Shown here piece after piece: positions 24,123-37,073 of a stretch of 64,000 nucleotides of DNA (position 1 is the first letter of the stretch; each line of letters begins with the position of its first letter). The position numbers and the translations under genes are program-made. Origin of the DNA: Camelus ferus (lineage: Eukaryota); the NCBI RefSeq assembly GCF_009834535.1, contig NC_045696.1, positions 56,794,001 to 56,858,000 of the forward strand. The letters run 5' to 3'. The notes beneath the pieces are model-generated. The model searched no databases. It saw nothing but the letters and a program-made list of their open reading frames with translations, and was not told the origin of the DNA.

Positions 24123-25390
24123 AATATTTTAGCTTCAACTCCCGTGGTTAAGTATATTCATTCTCTACTCTTTCTCCTATTCTCATGCCAAGGAAACTGA
24201 TTGCCACTTAACTTTTTGCTCAAGGGCATGTCCTGGTCTCTGACTGAGCTATTGTTTGGCTAACTTTGGTCAGATAGTCTTCCCTGGTCTAATTGACTAT
24301 GGCCAGGAACTCTGAGTGATGTGGAGTCACAAAAGGCAAAACGCGGCTCTCTAGGGTCTGTCCTTTCAACAGGAGCTGTGGACATAGGGAAAAAAGTAGG
24401 ATGCAATCAGAGAACAAATTTGTACTTTTCCTTCACTGCCTGTGCTTTACGCAGTTGCATCTTCCTCAGCTTCCAGGTGAAATCTTGAGCTCAATGAATA
24501 GTTTATGTGCTCACAACCAGATAATAAAATCTCGTCTCCTTTGGTCAGTTGTTTCCCTGCAAGAGTCTTAGTTCAGTAATTAGTATGGCTAGTCCAGTGT
24601 AATAGCACAAATTCTGAACTTCATTTGAAGTTACATCTTCCCCCTAACTTGTACCTGCCTCAAACTAGAAGCTTGCTGTGCATGGGATGTGAGTTATTTC
24701 CTTTTCTTCTCCTCCACTCACTAGGCTCACTCTGGTTCCTTTAATATTGAATTGTCGGGGGACAGGAGAGGTGTGGGATAGCAAAAGTCTGACTAGCACC
24801 ACTGTAGTGGTCTTAATTTCCTCTGTTTGAGGCAGAGAAGCAAGCAAACTCTAGTGGGGCTTTTGTGGTTTCCTTGGAGATCCCCCTGGTGGGTACTCAA
24901 CTGTAGCCTCTTCTGGCTGCAGACAACCCCTATCCCTACAACTTACTATAACCTATTGATACTTGTGAGCCTCTTTCTGCTGAACGTTGTCTTGTGCCTC
25001 ACAGAAAACCCTTCCATGCACTATTCTAACCAGTTCCGGGTCAGCAGCCTCTTTCCTGTGTTGTTCACAATTGACTCATAGCAAACAAATACTGTGGTTC
25101 TGTCGTCAGTGGGGATGTAACTACCTCCCAGCTGCAGTGCTGTATTCTGCTGCCTCTGGTCACCTTAGGCAGTCTCTCACCCTTTAGATATCTCACAGTT
25201 GACCTGGAGACACATCCTGAACCTTGGTGCTTCTCCCTGACATTCCTCTCACTGGGCTTGAGGTGGAATACAGGGCTTCATCTGGGCATGGTGAGGAAGG
25301 AGAATGCCTCCACACATCCACAGCTCACTCTAGAAGAAACCTTTTTTGAATTTAACAAGTACTACTTTATACATATATATTTTGTGTATA

Positions 25391-25446
25391 TTTTTTTTTA
25401 TTGAAGTATAGTCAGTTTACAATGTTGTGTCAGTTTCTGGTGTACA
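25391..25446 (-). mobile_element. Very short 5'-truncated artiodactyl/camelid-type L1 3' end
   Basis: TTTTTTATTGAAGTATAGTCAGTTTACAATGTTGTGTCAGTTTCTGGTGTACA; same motif as at 27807 and 36941. Confidence 0.8.
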
Positions 25447-25732
25447 AATAAGGCTCATGATGAGGAGAGTTTGGAGATTGAGACAAACTGTCTTAAATGT
25501 TACAAGCCTTATCACGAGACTTTTTTTTCTAGGCAGGGAACTGTTGATCCACTAATAGTACAAAACAGCAAACCCTGCTTAGGGCATCTAGCACTTCATG
25601 CTGGAATGTGAGAGTGACTGGCTTTCATTATCCTAGGGGCTTTGGCCAAAGGTAGAGTCTTATTTTAACATCTCACTACATGTGTCTGGTACCCTCTGAG
25701 ATATTACATGTCTCATGCATGAAACATTCACT

Positions 25733-25754
25733 TGTGTGTGTGTGTGTGTGTGTG
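25733..25754. repeat. (TG)n microsatellite
   Basis: Seen directly. Confidence 0.95.
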
Positions 25755-27259
25755 AGTGAGTTTTTATGAATTCTAAAGATTGCATCATATGCTTTTCAAT
25801 CTGTTCCGGAGGGTTTGCAAAGGTCTGTGGCCACAAAGTTTTAGCCTCATTTATGAACTAACTTAGACGATTGAATCTATATAAAAATACCATGGGCAAA
25901 AAAAAGATCATGAGCAAACATTAAATATTTTAAAAGTAGTTTCAGGTGTGTTAGATGGGGTGGTAGTGTTTTATTGCATGGCAGGTTCTACTTGTATCCC
26001 TTGCGGCATCGTTTTTATAACCCAGCTTATAAAGGCAGCAGAAGGTAGTTCTGCGTTTATTACTTATGTGTTGGTGGAGTGAGAAAGAACAATTTCTAAT
26101 TTCTGCCAGTAAAATTCTTTTCTGTTCCTGTCTGTTGAGCTTGTTCTGGCAGTAATCATATTCTCCCTCCGCTTTTCTCCCCCTAGCCTTAACAGAGATA
26201 CATTTGTGCTCATGCTGGATTGATGTAGGAAAAGTAGAAAAACTCCTCTTTTTTTAGAACCATTAATTCCTTCTTGAATTCAGAAATTACGATTGAGTAC
26301 CCTACACATTTAATTGTCTTCTCTGCTATAAAGTGGAGCAAGTTTATGAAGACTGATGAAGAGTTAAATGCTTTGTGGCATTTTATTAACAGCCTGTATT
26401 TCTTTAGCTCTTACTAATTATTTTCTCTCCAGTCTTTTCTCTATTCATTGACTCACCCTTTTTTAGAACTTTCTTATTTTGAGTGTGGGTGACATTGTGC
26501 CTGGGTCAGAGTTGGTACTCAATATATGTAAACAAATGGATGAATGCTTTTCTAGGAGTATCTGCCTATGTGGGTACCATGTGCACTAAGGTGTTTCAGA
26601 GGCCTCATGTTAGGGTGGCTTAATTAGAGAACTGTCCAGGTACACAGAGCTGAGGTTACGTGGCTGTGAAATTGGAGGAACACTACAAAATGGAAGTCCC
26701 TATTCCAGCTGATGCTATCTGCCCTTGGATTTAAGCATGAATAGTTTGACCCACACTCTGTAGTCCCAAGGTTGATCTTAACTGGCAAAGAGAAGAAGAA
26801 TCGTAGACTCTTACAGTCTCTGGCTTAAAAAAGAAATCTGTGGGTCATATTTTATATTACTTGCAGCTAATGCCTGAATAATCAATTAACATATCTCTCA
26901 GGAATTCAGGAACCCACCAATAAAGCTGTTAATCCTCAGTTCTCCTCTCTAGTTCATAAGGCTTTTTGTGGAAGATGATCCTCAGGAGCCCTGGGGCATC
27001 CTCACCCTGAGGACTGATTCCCTTACCATGGGTACCTCACTCTCCAATCAGATAAGGGGGCTGCTGTAGTTTACCAAGCATGCCTCTCTCTTTTGACAGC
27101 TCCTTATCTGCCTTATCTTTTAAATCTCTGTGCTCTTAACTATAGTAAAAGCTGTAGTGAAATTGATCTCTTACTATATTCCAGCCCTTGTGTGAAGTAC
27201 TTTAAATACATAATCTCATGTAATTCTCCAAAATTCCATCCTAAATCCTAAAGAGAGTT

Positions 27260-27770
27260 ATGCTCTCTCTTTTCTCTATTCACCAGAAGAGCTCATCTGT
27301 TCCAAAGACTTCAACTATCACCATCTTATTTAATCTGGATATGTCCACATCACCAGGTCCACACACCAAAAGCTCAATCAGTGGTTTCCCATGGATGACT
27401 TGCCATCAGCACTCTAATGCAACATCTTGGAAACCCTTTCTATTCTCCTCTCCCATCTTTCTCTGTGTATGACATCATCACCTTTGCCATTGCCCAGGCT
27501 GAAAATGTGTAGTCATCTTCAACTCATACTTCTCCTCCTTTCATTTATATATATGTATTATATATATGTAAAGAGAGAGAGAGAGAGATTGAGACTCAGC
27601 AAGTGCTACTGATTTTCTTCCTTCTATTTCTCTCTACCACAATGCTACTTCAGATCTCCTCACCTCACATACAAATTATTGCAATGCACTTTTGGGAGGC
27701 CTTCCCAGTTCTAGGCACTTTGCTCTTTGATGCATACTGCTACCACTCTTGGCCAATCTTTTACACACTT
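27260..27770 (+). mobile_element. L2 LINE fragment, continuing decayed after the L1 to ~28860
   Basis: CCCAGGCTGAAAATGTGTAGTCATCTTCAACTC; ATTATTGCAATGCAC. Confidence 0.6.
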
Positions 27771-27796
27771 CTTTTCTTTTCTTTCACTAACCACAT

Positions 27797-28620
27797 TTTT
27801 AAAAAATTGAAGTATAGTTGATTTACAATGTTGTGTTAATTTCTGGTGTACAGTATAGTGATTCAGTTATACATATATATTCTTTTTCAGATTCTTTTCC
27901 ATTATAAGCTATTAGAAGATACTGAATATAGTTCCCTGTGCTATACAGTAGGACCTTGCTGTTTATCTTTTATATATAGTTTGTATCTGCTAATCCCAAA
28001 CTCCTAATTTATCCCTCACCTGCTCTTTCCCCTTTGATAACCATAAGTTTGTTTTCTATGTCTGTGAGTCTGTTTCTGTTTTGTAAATAAGCTTATTGGT
28101 ATCATTTTTTAGATTCCACATATAAGTGATATTATGTAATATTTGTCTTTCTCTGATTTACTTCACTTAGTATGATAATTTCTAGGTCCTCCCATGTTGC
28201 TGCAAATGGCATTATTTAATTCTTTTTTATAGCTGAGTAGTATTCCATTTTATATATATATGTAATATATACACATACATACATACACACACACCCACAC
28301 CATGTCTTCTTTATTCATTCATCTGTCAATAGACATTTATGTTGTTTCCATGTCTTGGCTATTGTAAATAACGCTGCCATGAACACTGGGGTGTGTATTT
28401 CTTTTCAAATTGGAGTATTCTCTGGATATGTGCCCAGCAATGGGATTGCTGGATTACATGGTAACTCTGTTTTTAGTTTCTTAAGGAACTTCCATACTGT
28501 TTTCTATAGTGACTGTACCAATTTACATTCCCATCAACAGTGTAGGAGGGTTCCCCTTCCTCCTCACCCTCTCCAGCATTTATTGTTTGTGGACCTTTTT
28601 AATGATGGTCATTCTGAACA
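27797..28620 (-). mobile_element. 5'-truncated L1 (artiodactyl-type), 3' UTR plus end of ORF2
   Basis: ATTGAAGTATAGTTGATTTACAATGTTGTG; AATATAGTTCCCTGTGCTATACAGTAGG; CCAATTTACATTCCCATCAACAGTGTAGGAGGGTTCCC. Confidence 0.92.
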
Positions 28621-28715
28621 GTATATGATCTTCTCATGTTGTTCTGGTTGCCAGTTACCCACTGAGTTAAGTTCACATCCTTATTCTGGCCTGATTAATC
28701 TAACTATCCCTGCTG

Positions 28716-28759
28716 CCTCCTCCTCCTCCTCTTCCTCTTTTTCTTCTTCTTCTTCTTCT
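28716..28759. repeat. (CCT)/(TCT) trinucleotide tract
   Basis: Seen directly. Confidence 0.9.
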
Positions 28760-28867
28760 GAATATGTGATGTCTGCCTTACTCAAGCCCAAGGTCCTCTA
28801 TAACCTTCATCTCTAGGTCTCTGGTCATAAATTTTCTTTCATCTAGAATTATCTCCCTTTCCCTTGA

Positions 28868-28983
28868 TTAAGGCTCAAAGAAGTTAAATGGTCTTCCTGA
28901 GGTTGCACTGTAAGTGATTGAGCTGGATTTAAACCTATTCTTTTGATCCTCAAGACAATGCATTCTTTCCTTAGCCACACTGC
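28868..28983 (-). mobile_element. MIR fragment
   Basis: AAGGCTCAAAGAAGTTAAATGGTCTTCCTGAGGTTGCAC...GAGCTGGATTTAAACC. Confidence 0.7.
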
Positions 28984-30489
28984 TTGTTTCAGAATCAGAT
29001 TAATATAGGATGGAACCATAGATAGAAACTCAAATTGGATTTGTGTAGCACCTGCCTGACAATAAAATACTGCCAGCCCAGGAAAACATTAGTCTCTGAA
29101 GAATGTCTCCCATATACTGGACCCCAGCCATGGCAAATGAAGACATTTTAACATATCCAGCCAGATTAATCTGCAAAATATGGCTTAATTTTTATGGCTT
29201 TTCAATCTGTAGTTCCTTAAAGAAAACTTGAAATTCAAAAAAATGATAGTGTGATGCTCACAATTTGTTTCAAAGTTACTGAAATTCTCCATTCAGATTC
29301 AAATTCAGTTATATGGGCATTGCTCCTAGTTGTCCTAGGTTTGTACTTTAAGCTGCACCCAAAGTTCCAGCACTGTTTTTTTAAAATGATTCTAAAAAAG
29401 GATCAGATAGCATATGTTCAAGCTGAGCAAGCTACTAGGATGCCAATAGTATGTTTCTGTCAACTTTTGATTATGGATTTCCTATGCAAATAGGACTTCT
29501 CAGGATCCTGGCTAACAGCACTTTTAAGTGAGGACATGACCTTTAGTTCAAATGGATATCAAAGACTACTAGACTCCTATACAAAGTCTTTCTTCGGTGT
29601 CCTTAGAATGCAGAGATTTGGATTTTTGATATGACTGCTAACTTGCTGAATAACCAGCAGATGTCTTTTTCCATCTCTGTCTACTTCTCTGGTGAAGAAG
29701 GGTAACAGCTGTCTCTTTCCATTCTCCCAAAGGTATCAAAAGATTAAGGATGTTGTGAACATTCTTAAAAGAGGGATTATATTTTATTACATAAAAATCT
29801 CATGAATAAAAATTTCACATCATGGCAATAGCTAAGTTTTATTACAGGTACATACAATGGGCAGTTTTTGTTGCTTATTTAGTCAGCCTCATTATTTGCC
29901 ATCACCACATTGATTTCAGTCTGAAAAGCCAGAATCTCAGAAACATAAACATCAAATTTAATTGAACTATCAACAGTCATGATCTGATAACAACCTGTCA
30001 GATCTTTAAGGAGAATTAGAAACTAGACAGTTGTCAAAATCTGCCTCTGGAATCATCTTTTTTTCCCTGAGATTTTAGTGATTCAGCTCCACAGGCTAAT
30101 TGTTTACAGTAGCAGGAGATATGTCAGCTCATCCCAAACTCTCCAAGCCATGATGAAAGGCTAATAATCTTCTGTGATGAACACAGCAACTTCTTCCCAC
30201 TGTTTTCCCAATTAAAGAAAACCACACATTATACCACAAACCAGATACCACTCACCACTAATTCTGTTATTAATTCAGTACCTATAATGCATAAAATATT
30301 CTTTGCAGTTATGGGGCTGGGGAGGAAGGTTCACAGCTGAATGAGAACACGGCCTCTGCCCTCTAGGAACTCATAATCCAACACAAATTTGTTGTACTAT
30401 CAATACCATAATTTGTATTTCATAACTAATAACTGAATTATTTTTCTGCCTCTCTTTCTATACATGGAATGGTATAAAAAGCTACAGAT

Positions 30490-30590
30490 GAGTGGTTCAA
30501 AAACTTGTGTCTTATGACTGGCTCTGCCATTGACCAGCTTGCTTGATCTTGACAAGTCACCTTCTCTGGCCCCAATGTCTATAAAATTCC
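30490..30590 (+). mobile_element. MIR fragment
   Basis: CTGGCTCTGCCATTGACCAGC...TCTTGACAAGTCAC. Confidence 0.6.
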
Positions 30591-30619
30591 AAGCTTTAAA
30601 GTTCTACTCATTCTTCCAA

Positions 30620-30925
30620 TATTCATCTGCTATTGTTACAGGACCTACTATATGCCAGGCACTGGTCCAGTTACTTCGGTTACCTTAGTGACCTAAACAG
30701 ACATATAACCTGCCCTCCTCTTCTCTTACATTCTATAGGGGAGGAAGACAGACAATGAACAACACAATAATAAATAAATAATATAGAGTATTAATTAGAA
30801 GGTTATAGTGCTATGGAATAAAGAGCACAATGGAAGGGGAGTGTGATATGGGAAAGAGTTGCAATATTTTACAGAGTGATCAGGTGGGACTAAGAAAGTA
30901 CCATTTAAGCAAAGACTTGACAATG
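30620..30925 (-). mobile_element. L2 LINE 3' end
   Basis: ACCTACTATATGCCAGGCACTG...CCTGCCCTC...CTTACATTCTA...ATTTAAGCAAAGACTTGA. Confidence 0.8.
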
Positions 30926-31078
30926 TCCTAACAATGCCCTCTCAAAATATTTTTTCCTATATGGTAAGAGGGAAAAGAATTAGTGAAGTGCTGGGGCAAA
31001 TACCACAGAGAAACTTCACCATTTCCTTGTTTTGCTTTTTGCCTTCCTTGCAGCTGAGGTTAGTTATATGGTCTAGAA

Positions 31079-31373
31079 CTTCTCTGTCCAACATAGTAGC
31101 TACTAGATATATGTGGCTATTGAGCTCTTGAAATATGGATAGTCCAAACTGGGATATTCTGTAAGTTCACACTTACAGAATACAAACCAGATTTCAAAGA
31201 ATGTAGACTACCTCATTAATGTTTTTTATATTAACTGCATATTGAAATGATAGTGTGTTTATGTTGGGTTAAATAAAAAATAAAAACATATTTACCTTGT
31301 TCATTGTTTTTCAGTGTAGCTACCAGAAAATTTAAAACTATCCATGTAGTTTTATTTCTATTGGGTAGCTCAT
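31079..31373. mobile_element. MER33-like (hAT-Charlie) DNA transposon
   Basis: CTGTCCAACATAGTAGCTACTAGATATATGTGGCTATTGAGC...ATTTCTATTGGGTAGC; 8-bp TSD GTCTAGAA (31071-31078) / ATCTAGAA (31374-31381). Confidence 0.85.
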
Positions 31374-32149
31374 ATCTAGAACTTGAAGTCGGGAGGAGGT
31401 TGCTATTAAAGTAAATGTCAGTCTTGCTTTGCTATGTATATCACCTCTCATTTTGTTGAATGTCTTTCGTCGGGCGTTCCTCAAAAGTCCCCCAACACCC
31501 ACCGCGGCCTCTGGATCAAGAAATGCAAGACAGTGTTCATATTTCTAGAATTTAGGATACTTTAGAGCTATAATTAAGATGTGGTAGGGGCAGAGGAAGA
31601 AAAAGAATTTAGATTCTGGAATAGAACATAGGTTCACAAGGGCGTTTTTAGAAACTATGAAACAGACCATTTTTATTTAGTTGTTATGCTAATTAGAGGG
31701 AATTATTTCTATCTTTAATCTTCATTCTAAACTTGATGACAGAAAAATGTTAGCTGTCACAAGTGCTGTATGAGGGCAATGCTGCTATAAAATAGGAGAC
31801 ATTTCTCCAAACCACAGCTAGTCATGGAGATCAACAAACTTTGAAGAGTCAAACTTAAAATTAGAAGGGCCTTTATAAAATATAAGTACCTCCTTTTTTT
31901 GTTTGTTTTAGAAAGTTAGGGTATGGCATGGGATTAATTCAGCTTAGCTCTAAAGAATTCACTTTCTAGAATCCTGAATTCCCCTGAATCATGTTTTTGG
32001 AAGTATTCTAAAGTCAGGGAGAATGTAAAAGATTGTTCAGCTACATTACTTTAAGCAGGCAAAGAACTAAATCCTCCAGCTCAGGGAGTTTTCTGTCTTC
32101 TTTATGATGATTCCCCAAGGATAGCAATAAATATTTATTGAAGGATTAG

Positions 32150-32570
32150 AGATTTTACTGTCTCCCTTAGGAGCCTATTTCAGTATTTTATCCCTTCAAT
32201 AGTTAAGAAAGCTTGGCTGGTATACAACCAAAAATAATGTTCTTTATTCTAAGCCAATTTCTTTCCTTTTCTTTTCTTTTTCTTCTTCTTTTTTTCATCC
32301 ATGGAGAATAGTTGTTCTAGTTGAGCACTAGTCTCTTAAAATTTTTCAAGTATACAAGAAGTTTAATGCAATTCATCTCTCTTTTCTTCCCCTTCTCCAA
32401 ATCATTGTATTTGCTGTGAAGCATTACACAGTTGCACAATATTGTTCTCTGCTTTGTATTTATATTTTTGTGCCTCTGTCTATAAATCAACTACCTTGAA
32501 TTTTCTTCATTGAATTTCATCCTGTTGTTCTATTTTCTGACTTATCAAGGTCACTGTCAATGTTTTTTCT
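32150..32570 (-). mobile_element. CR1/L3 LINE fragments, very decayed
   Basis: ACTGTCTCCCTTAGGAGCCTATTTCAGTATTT and TTGAATTTCATCCTGTTG...TATCAAGGTCA resemble antisense CR1 3' region. Confidence 0.5.
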
Positions 32571-33244
32571 TTCACCTCATCTTACCAAATAGATGTATTC
32601 CTGAACCTGCAGTATCAGAATGCCATGAATCATGACACTACTAAAATATATGTTCCAACAGGGAATTAAGAAAAACAAGGTTCCACTGAAGATCAAGGAA
32701 GAGAAGGAAAAAAGAATGCGAGATTATGAGGAAGTCAATAACTGAAAATCAGATAGGCGCCAGGGAAGAGGAAAAGACAGAATTGAAAATAAAATTCTTC
32801 CTAGCTGTCATAAATTATATAATCTGAATCATCTCAAGATATAAGCTATTTAGAACATCCAGTTTAGAACAATTCAGTGAGCTTTTCTATTCAGAGCACT
32901 TTGCTCTGAGAACAGTGGAGAGTATATCTTGTTCAGGTCCCTAAGGTTCTTCTAATCATTCTCTTCAGACCAATATCACCACTGATGAGTTACTCAATCT
33001 AACTGCTCTTGTCTTGCCAGGCACCAAACAAAACTAACTGAAGGGTATATAGCTTTTTACCATTGGTCTGAAGAATCATTGCTTCAATATAAATGTAAAA
33101 TACTCATGAGACAATTGCTTACTGATGGGTCAATCATCTTGGATAAGAGAGGGTAGGGTTATGACTATGTGGGTTGGGGAGGGGAATTCCTAGAAAACTA
33201 GGTGACAGTTCCAGGTATCTGATATAATTACAATTTTCTAGTTT

Positions 33245-33380
33245 CTTCTCTGTCTCCTTACTGGTCTGTAAGCTCCTTGTGGATAGTGACTGTGTCTCAT
33301 TCATCTTGGGATCTCTAGGTCTACTTCAGGTTTGGAACAAAAGGTATTCAATAAGCAGTTGATCTGTGAATGAATGAATC
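33245..33380 (+). mobile_element. L2 3' end
   Basis: CTGTAAGCTCCTTGTGGATAGTGACTGTGTCTCATTCATC...TGAATGAATGAAT. Confidence 0.8.
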
Positions 33381-33449
33381 TATAGATGGATGAATCAAAT
33401 AATCTATTCATGAAGAAAAATAAATATCAGCATCAATATTTCAAAGCAA

Positions 33450-34370
33450 AACCATTCATTTATTTCTTCCCAAATAATTAGTAATAATCTAGTTTGTATA
33501 CAATTCTACTCTACACTGATGAAACATTAAAGTAATAAAGTCCTTTAATTTTATATGAATTAGTTTGGATGATAAAATAAATATTAACATATAAGTAGAA
33601 TTATATATATATGAAAGTACATAGAAATGAAAATCAAGGTGACTATCAGCGTGGCCTAGGCTTAATCAAAGAAGGTAGCAAGTGAATCTTAAATCTGAGT
33701 TTAATTGAATCCTGGCCATGAATTGATGGGGAGATGCTGAGAGCCATCCAGGCAAAGAGAAAAACATTAGAAAATGAACAAAAAATGGGAGTGATCAAGA
33801 GGGGGTGGGTAATGGTAAGACTATTAATCTGATTTACACCATGCAGAGAATACTAACAAATTAGGAAATATTAATAAATGCACATCTATCTATCTACCTA
33901 TTTATATTTGAGTCAATAGACAATTGGAAGAAATTGGTTGTTCTTAAGCAAGAGAATGACAAGATGAAAAGATTTTTTGGAAACTGTGCCGGGAAGGACT
34001 GGAGACCAGAGGAAGAAAGTCTAGCCAGGAGGATATTGTGATGATATGAAGGTAAAATGATTAGTGTTTGTACAAGAATGACAACTATGGGATAAGATAG
34101 GAATGAAGAAACATGAAAGACGTTCAGTAAAACAAACTACAGAACTTTGTACCAAGATGTATATATGGAACAAAGAAAAGAAAAGGTAAATTTGAGATTG
34201 TGAGTAAGGGTAAAATTGAGGCTATGTGTATCATCAATGATAATGGAGAATTTAGGAAGGTATAATGTTTTGAAGGTGATAGTTTCTGACCTATTAAGTT
34301 TTAGTTTCATTAAAAAAGTTACCTCTGGAAATAGCTGGAAATTTAGGACTAACAAGAAGTCAGGGCTAGT
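33450..34370 (-). mobile_element. Old L2 LINE, decayed
   Basis: CATTCATTTATT tail; TTCTTAAGCAAGAGAATGACAAGAT; purine-rich antisense L2 pattern. Confidence 0.6.
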
Positions 34371-34534
34371 TTTTGCATCTTCCTTCCTCTCAGCCTGATT
34401 GCTTCACTGCTCCAGGAATGTTTTTCTGTTGTTTATTTGTTTGTTTTTTTATTTTATTTACTGACTTGGACCAAATTGTTTACTGATGGTTGTCTTTATA
34501 GGGAGCCCATACAAGCCTGTGAGTCAAGGCAATT

Positions 34535-34665
34535 ATTTATTTATCCAAGTCATATGGACTGAGTACCTTCTCTGTGTTAGGAGCAAAGCTGAGTGCTGTA
34601 GACACAAGGGTGGAAAGATGACCTCTTAGTAGACATCCAAACAAATAATTACAAAAATATAACAA
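34535..34665 (-). mobile_element. L2 3' end fragment
   Basis: ACTGAGTACCTTCTCTGTGTTAGGAGCAAAGCTGAGTGCTGTAGACACAA. Confidence 0.65.
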
Positions 34666-35201
34666 TTACCAGTGAAACCCCAGTTACTTACTCATCCTTG
34701 CTTGAGGATAAAACTCAGGGCACAAAATTCATCATGACACTATGTCCCTAACTCTGTTCCCAACATACTCAGCAGAAAATCCAGCCCTTTTGAAACCTTT
34801 AAAGTAGTTTAGGATTCCTTAGAAGTGTCACACATTTTCCCTCAACTACCCCATGGCATGTCTTTTACACACTAGGGTACATGGAAACTTCTGGGTCTAA
34901 ACCCATCTCAGTATTGCTAGAATATAAAGTATGAAGTGAAGCCTAGTAGGATATGAGGCTGGACAAGCAGGGATAGTCAGATATCCATACTGGACTTGTC
35001 TGACTTCTGTAAGATTTCTTCATAGTTTGCTTTTATGAAATGGTACCTAGTCTTCATTGGAATGTTCCCTAGGACTGCTGTTCAGAAGAACAAAGAAAAG
35101 CAAACAGATCTCTTTGTTCTGAATACTTGGAAATCTTTCGGTGTGAGTTGGCCTGGCTTTCTCTGATGGAATGCTGTCATTTGCCTCCTTTGGACTCTGC
35201 A

Positions 35202-35235
35202 TCTCTCTGTTTCTCTTCTCTTTCTCTCTCTCTCT

Positions 35236-35274
<39 letters not shown>
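35202..35274. repeat. (CT)n followed by T36 homopolymer
   Basis: Seen directly; a second T run at 35364-35382; explains the Lys/Arg-rich ORF 35047-35406. Confidence 0.95.
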
Positions 35275-35616
35275 CGGTCTTATAACAGAGCCTCTCACCA
35301 GTTTACTCCCTGGCTCTTCATGGCTAGGGTATCTTCTCCCAGTCATGTGAGACTTTCTCCTGATTTTTTTTTTTTTTTTTTTAATCTTACCTGCTTTTCT
35401 GGCCAAGGAAAGGAATCTGTTCTCTCACCAAGCGGTGCTGCCCTGCCACCTGCAGTAGTGCTGAGCCAGCTCTTTACCCTTGGATTTTCCCCAGTCTAGC
35501 TTTGAATCAAACTGCAACTCATCATCTGCCTCCAGTTCCACAGAGTAGCTTCCACCTCCTGTCCTCTCTTGATGTAGTCATAATGGTCTTTTGGATTCTT
35601 CAGTGATGTCGTAGAC

Positions 35617-35775
35617 CTGTGCTTTGCAAACTTTAAATTACATAGAATCGCCTGTAATTTAAAATGCAAGTTCTTATTTAGTAGGTCTGGGCTGGGGCCT
35701 GAGATTCTGAATTTCTAACAGTATCCCAGGTGAATCCAATGCTGCTGGTCCATGTATCACACTCTAGGTAGCAAG
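35617..35775 (-). mobile_element. MER5A/MER5A1-like DNA transposon
   Basis: TTTAGTAGGTCTGGGCTGGGGCCTGAGATTCTGAATTTCTAACA...CCCAGGTGA...TGCTGCTGGTCC. Confidence 0.85.
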
Positions 35776-36923
35776 GTTCTGAAGACTTTCTTCTTAGGGA
35801 TCTATCCTGGCTCAGGTCTAAGTATGCCACCTCATCTGAAGATGAGATGATGGCCACCACTACATCTGCCTGGACCAGTCATCCTTTCTTTCATCTGCAT
35901 TCCTGGATCCCCAAGCTTCCTGCTGGGCCCCTCAGGGGAATCAGTATGAGTCCAAGTGGAGTCAACCACATATCTGGTTACCAAGTATCAGGGAATCTTA
36001 TTTAGACCCTTGTACTGCCCAGGGTTTCCAGAGCAGCTCTCTGTGTTCTCCTGCTTTCTTTCTGAAACTGTTACCATCCCTGGAGATCTGCTTCCCCCCT
36101 ACCTTGGCTACAGGGTGGGACACAGACTTCTTTAGCTCCCCAGTCTCACAGCCTCCTGAGGCCCACAGGCCCTATTGGTTTTAAGGGTGTTTCTTCTAAT
36201 TGTTTTGGCGAAACAATTTTTTACTCCTTTTATAGTAAAAATTATAAACATAAGGAAGTTACAGAGATTAACTCTTAAAATCTTAACCCCTGTTTTGCAG
36301 TGGCATCTATCTTCCTCTGAGATGGTAAAAATGAATGCCTGAAATCCTTCCCTCTGTTATCAAAGTGCTGCTTTCCCCTGGATGCCTTATACCTGTTATC
36401 TTTGATTTCTTACTGCTTCTCTGGTTATGTGGCTTCCCTCCTTAGTTGCTCTCCAGTATCTGACTCACCCTCTCATGACCCTCTCACTTCTTGTATATTC
36501 TGACTCCGACTTCCTACTTGTCCCTTGCCTGCTTCAACCTGTCTAACTCATCATGTTGCTTCCTCCAAGGAGCCAAGGGACCAGGAAACTCTCTTGGTTT
36601 GACAGCCATTTTTTAGATGTTTTAGAATGTTGACCTTGCCAATATTACTAGACTCTGTTCCCCTTGACTGCAGCTCTGGCTCCTGACAAGCACTTTGGAC
36701 CCCGGCTATGTTAGTGCTTTGCCTTTATCAGTGACCTGGGTGTGCCAATGAACTGATTATTTTCTGCCATTTCATTTTGACTCCTTGTTCCTATCCCCCT
36801 TTTCCAGTTCTGATCCACACGCGTGCTGCCAAACAACTAGTATTTAGCAGAGAGCAATTAGAGTCATATCTCACATTTATACAAGATTTACTATTAACAA
36901 ATTGACTGTCCTTGTTATCTTTT

Positions 36924-37073
36924 ATTTATTTATTTATTTAATTGAAGTACAGTCAGTTACAGTGTGTCAGCTTCTGGTGTACAGCATAATATTTCAATCA
37001 TACATATACATACATGTATTTGTTTTCATATTCTTTTTCATTGTATGTTACTACTTTTAATTATAGGTTACTA
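36924..37073 (-). mobile_element. Short 5'-truncated camelid-type L1 3' end
   Basis: (TTTA)n tail then ATTGAAGTACAGTCAGTTACAGTGTGTCAGCTTCTGGTGTACAG; possible TSD TGTTATCTTTT / TGCTACCTTTT. Confidence 0.82.

Noticed and set aside
28355..28816. 153-aa + strand ORF
   Set aside because: Antisense reading of an L1 3' region running into a (TCC/TCT) repeat
33340..33480. Tail-to-tail L2 ends, the arrangement that produced miR-28/miR-151-type hairpins
   Set aside because: The arms are too diverged and too far apart to form a pre-miRNA-like stem by eye
35047..35406. Lys/Arg-rich 119-aa ORF
   Set aside because: Derived from T homopolymers and (CT)n
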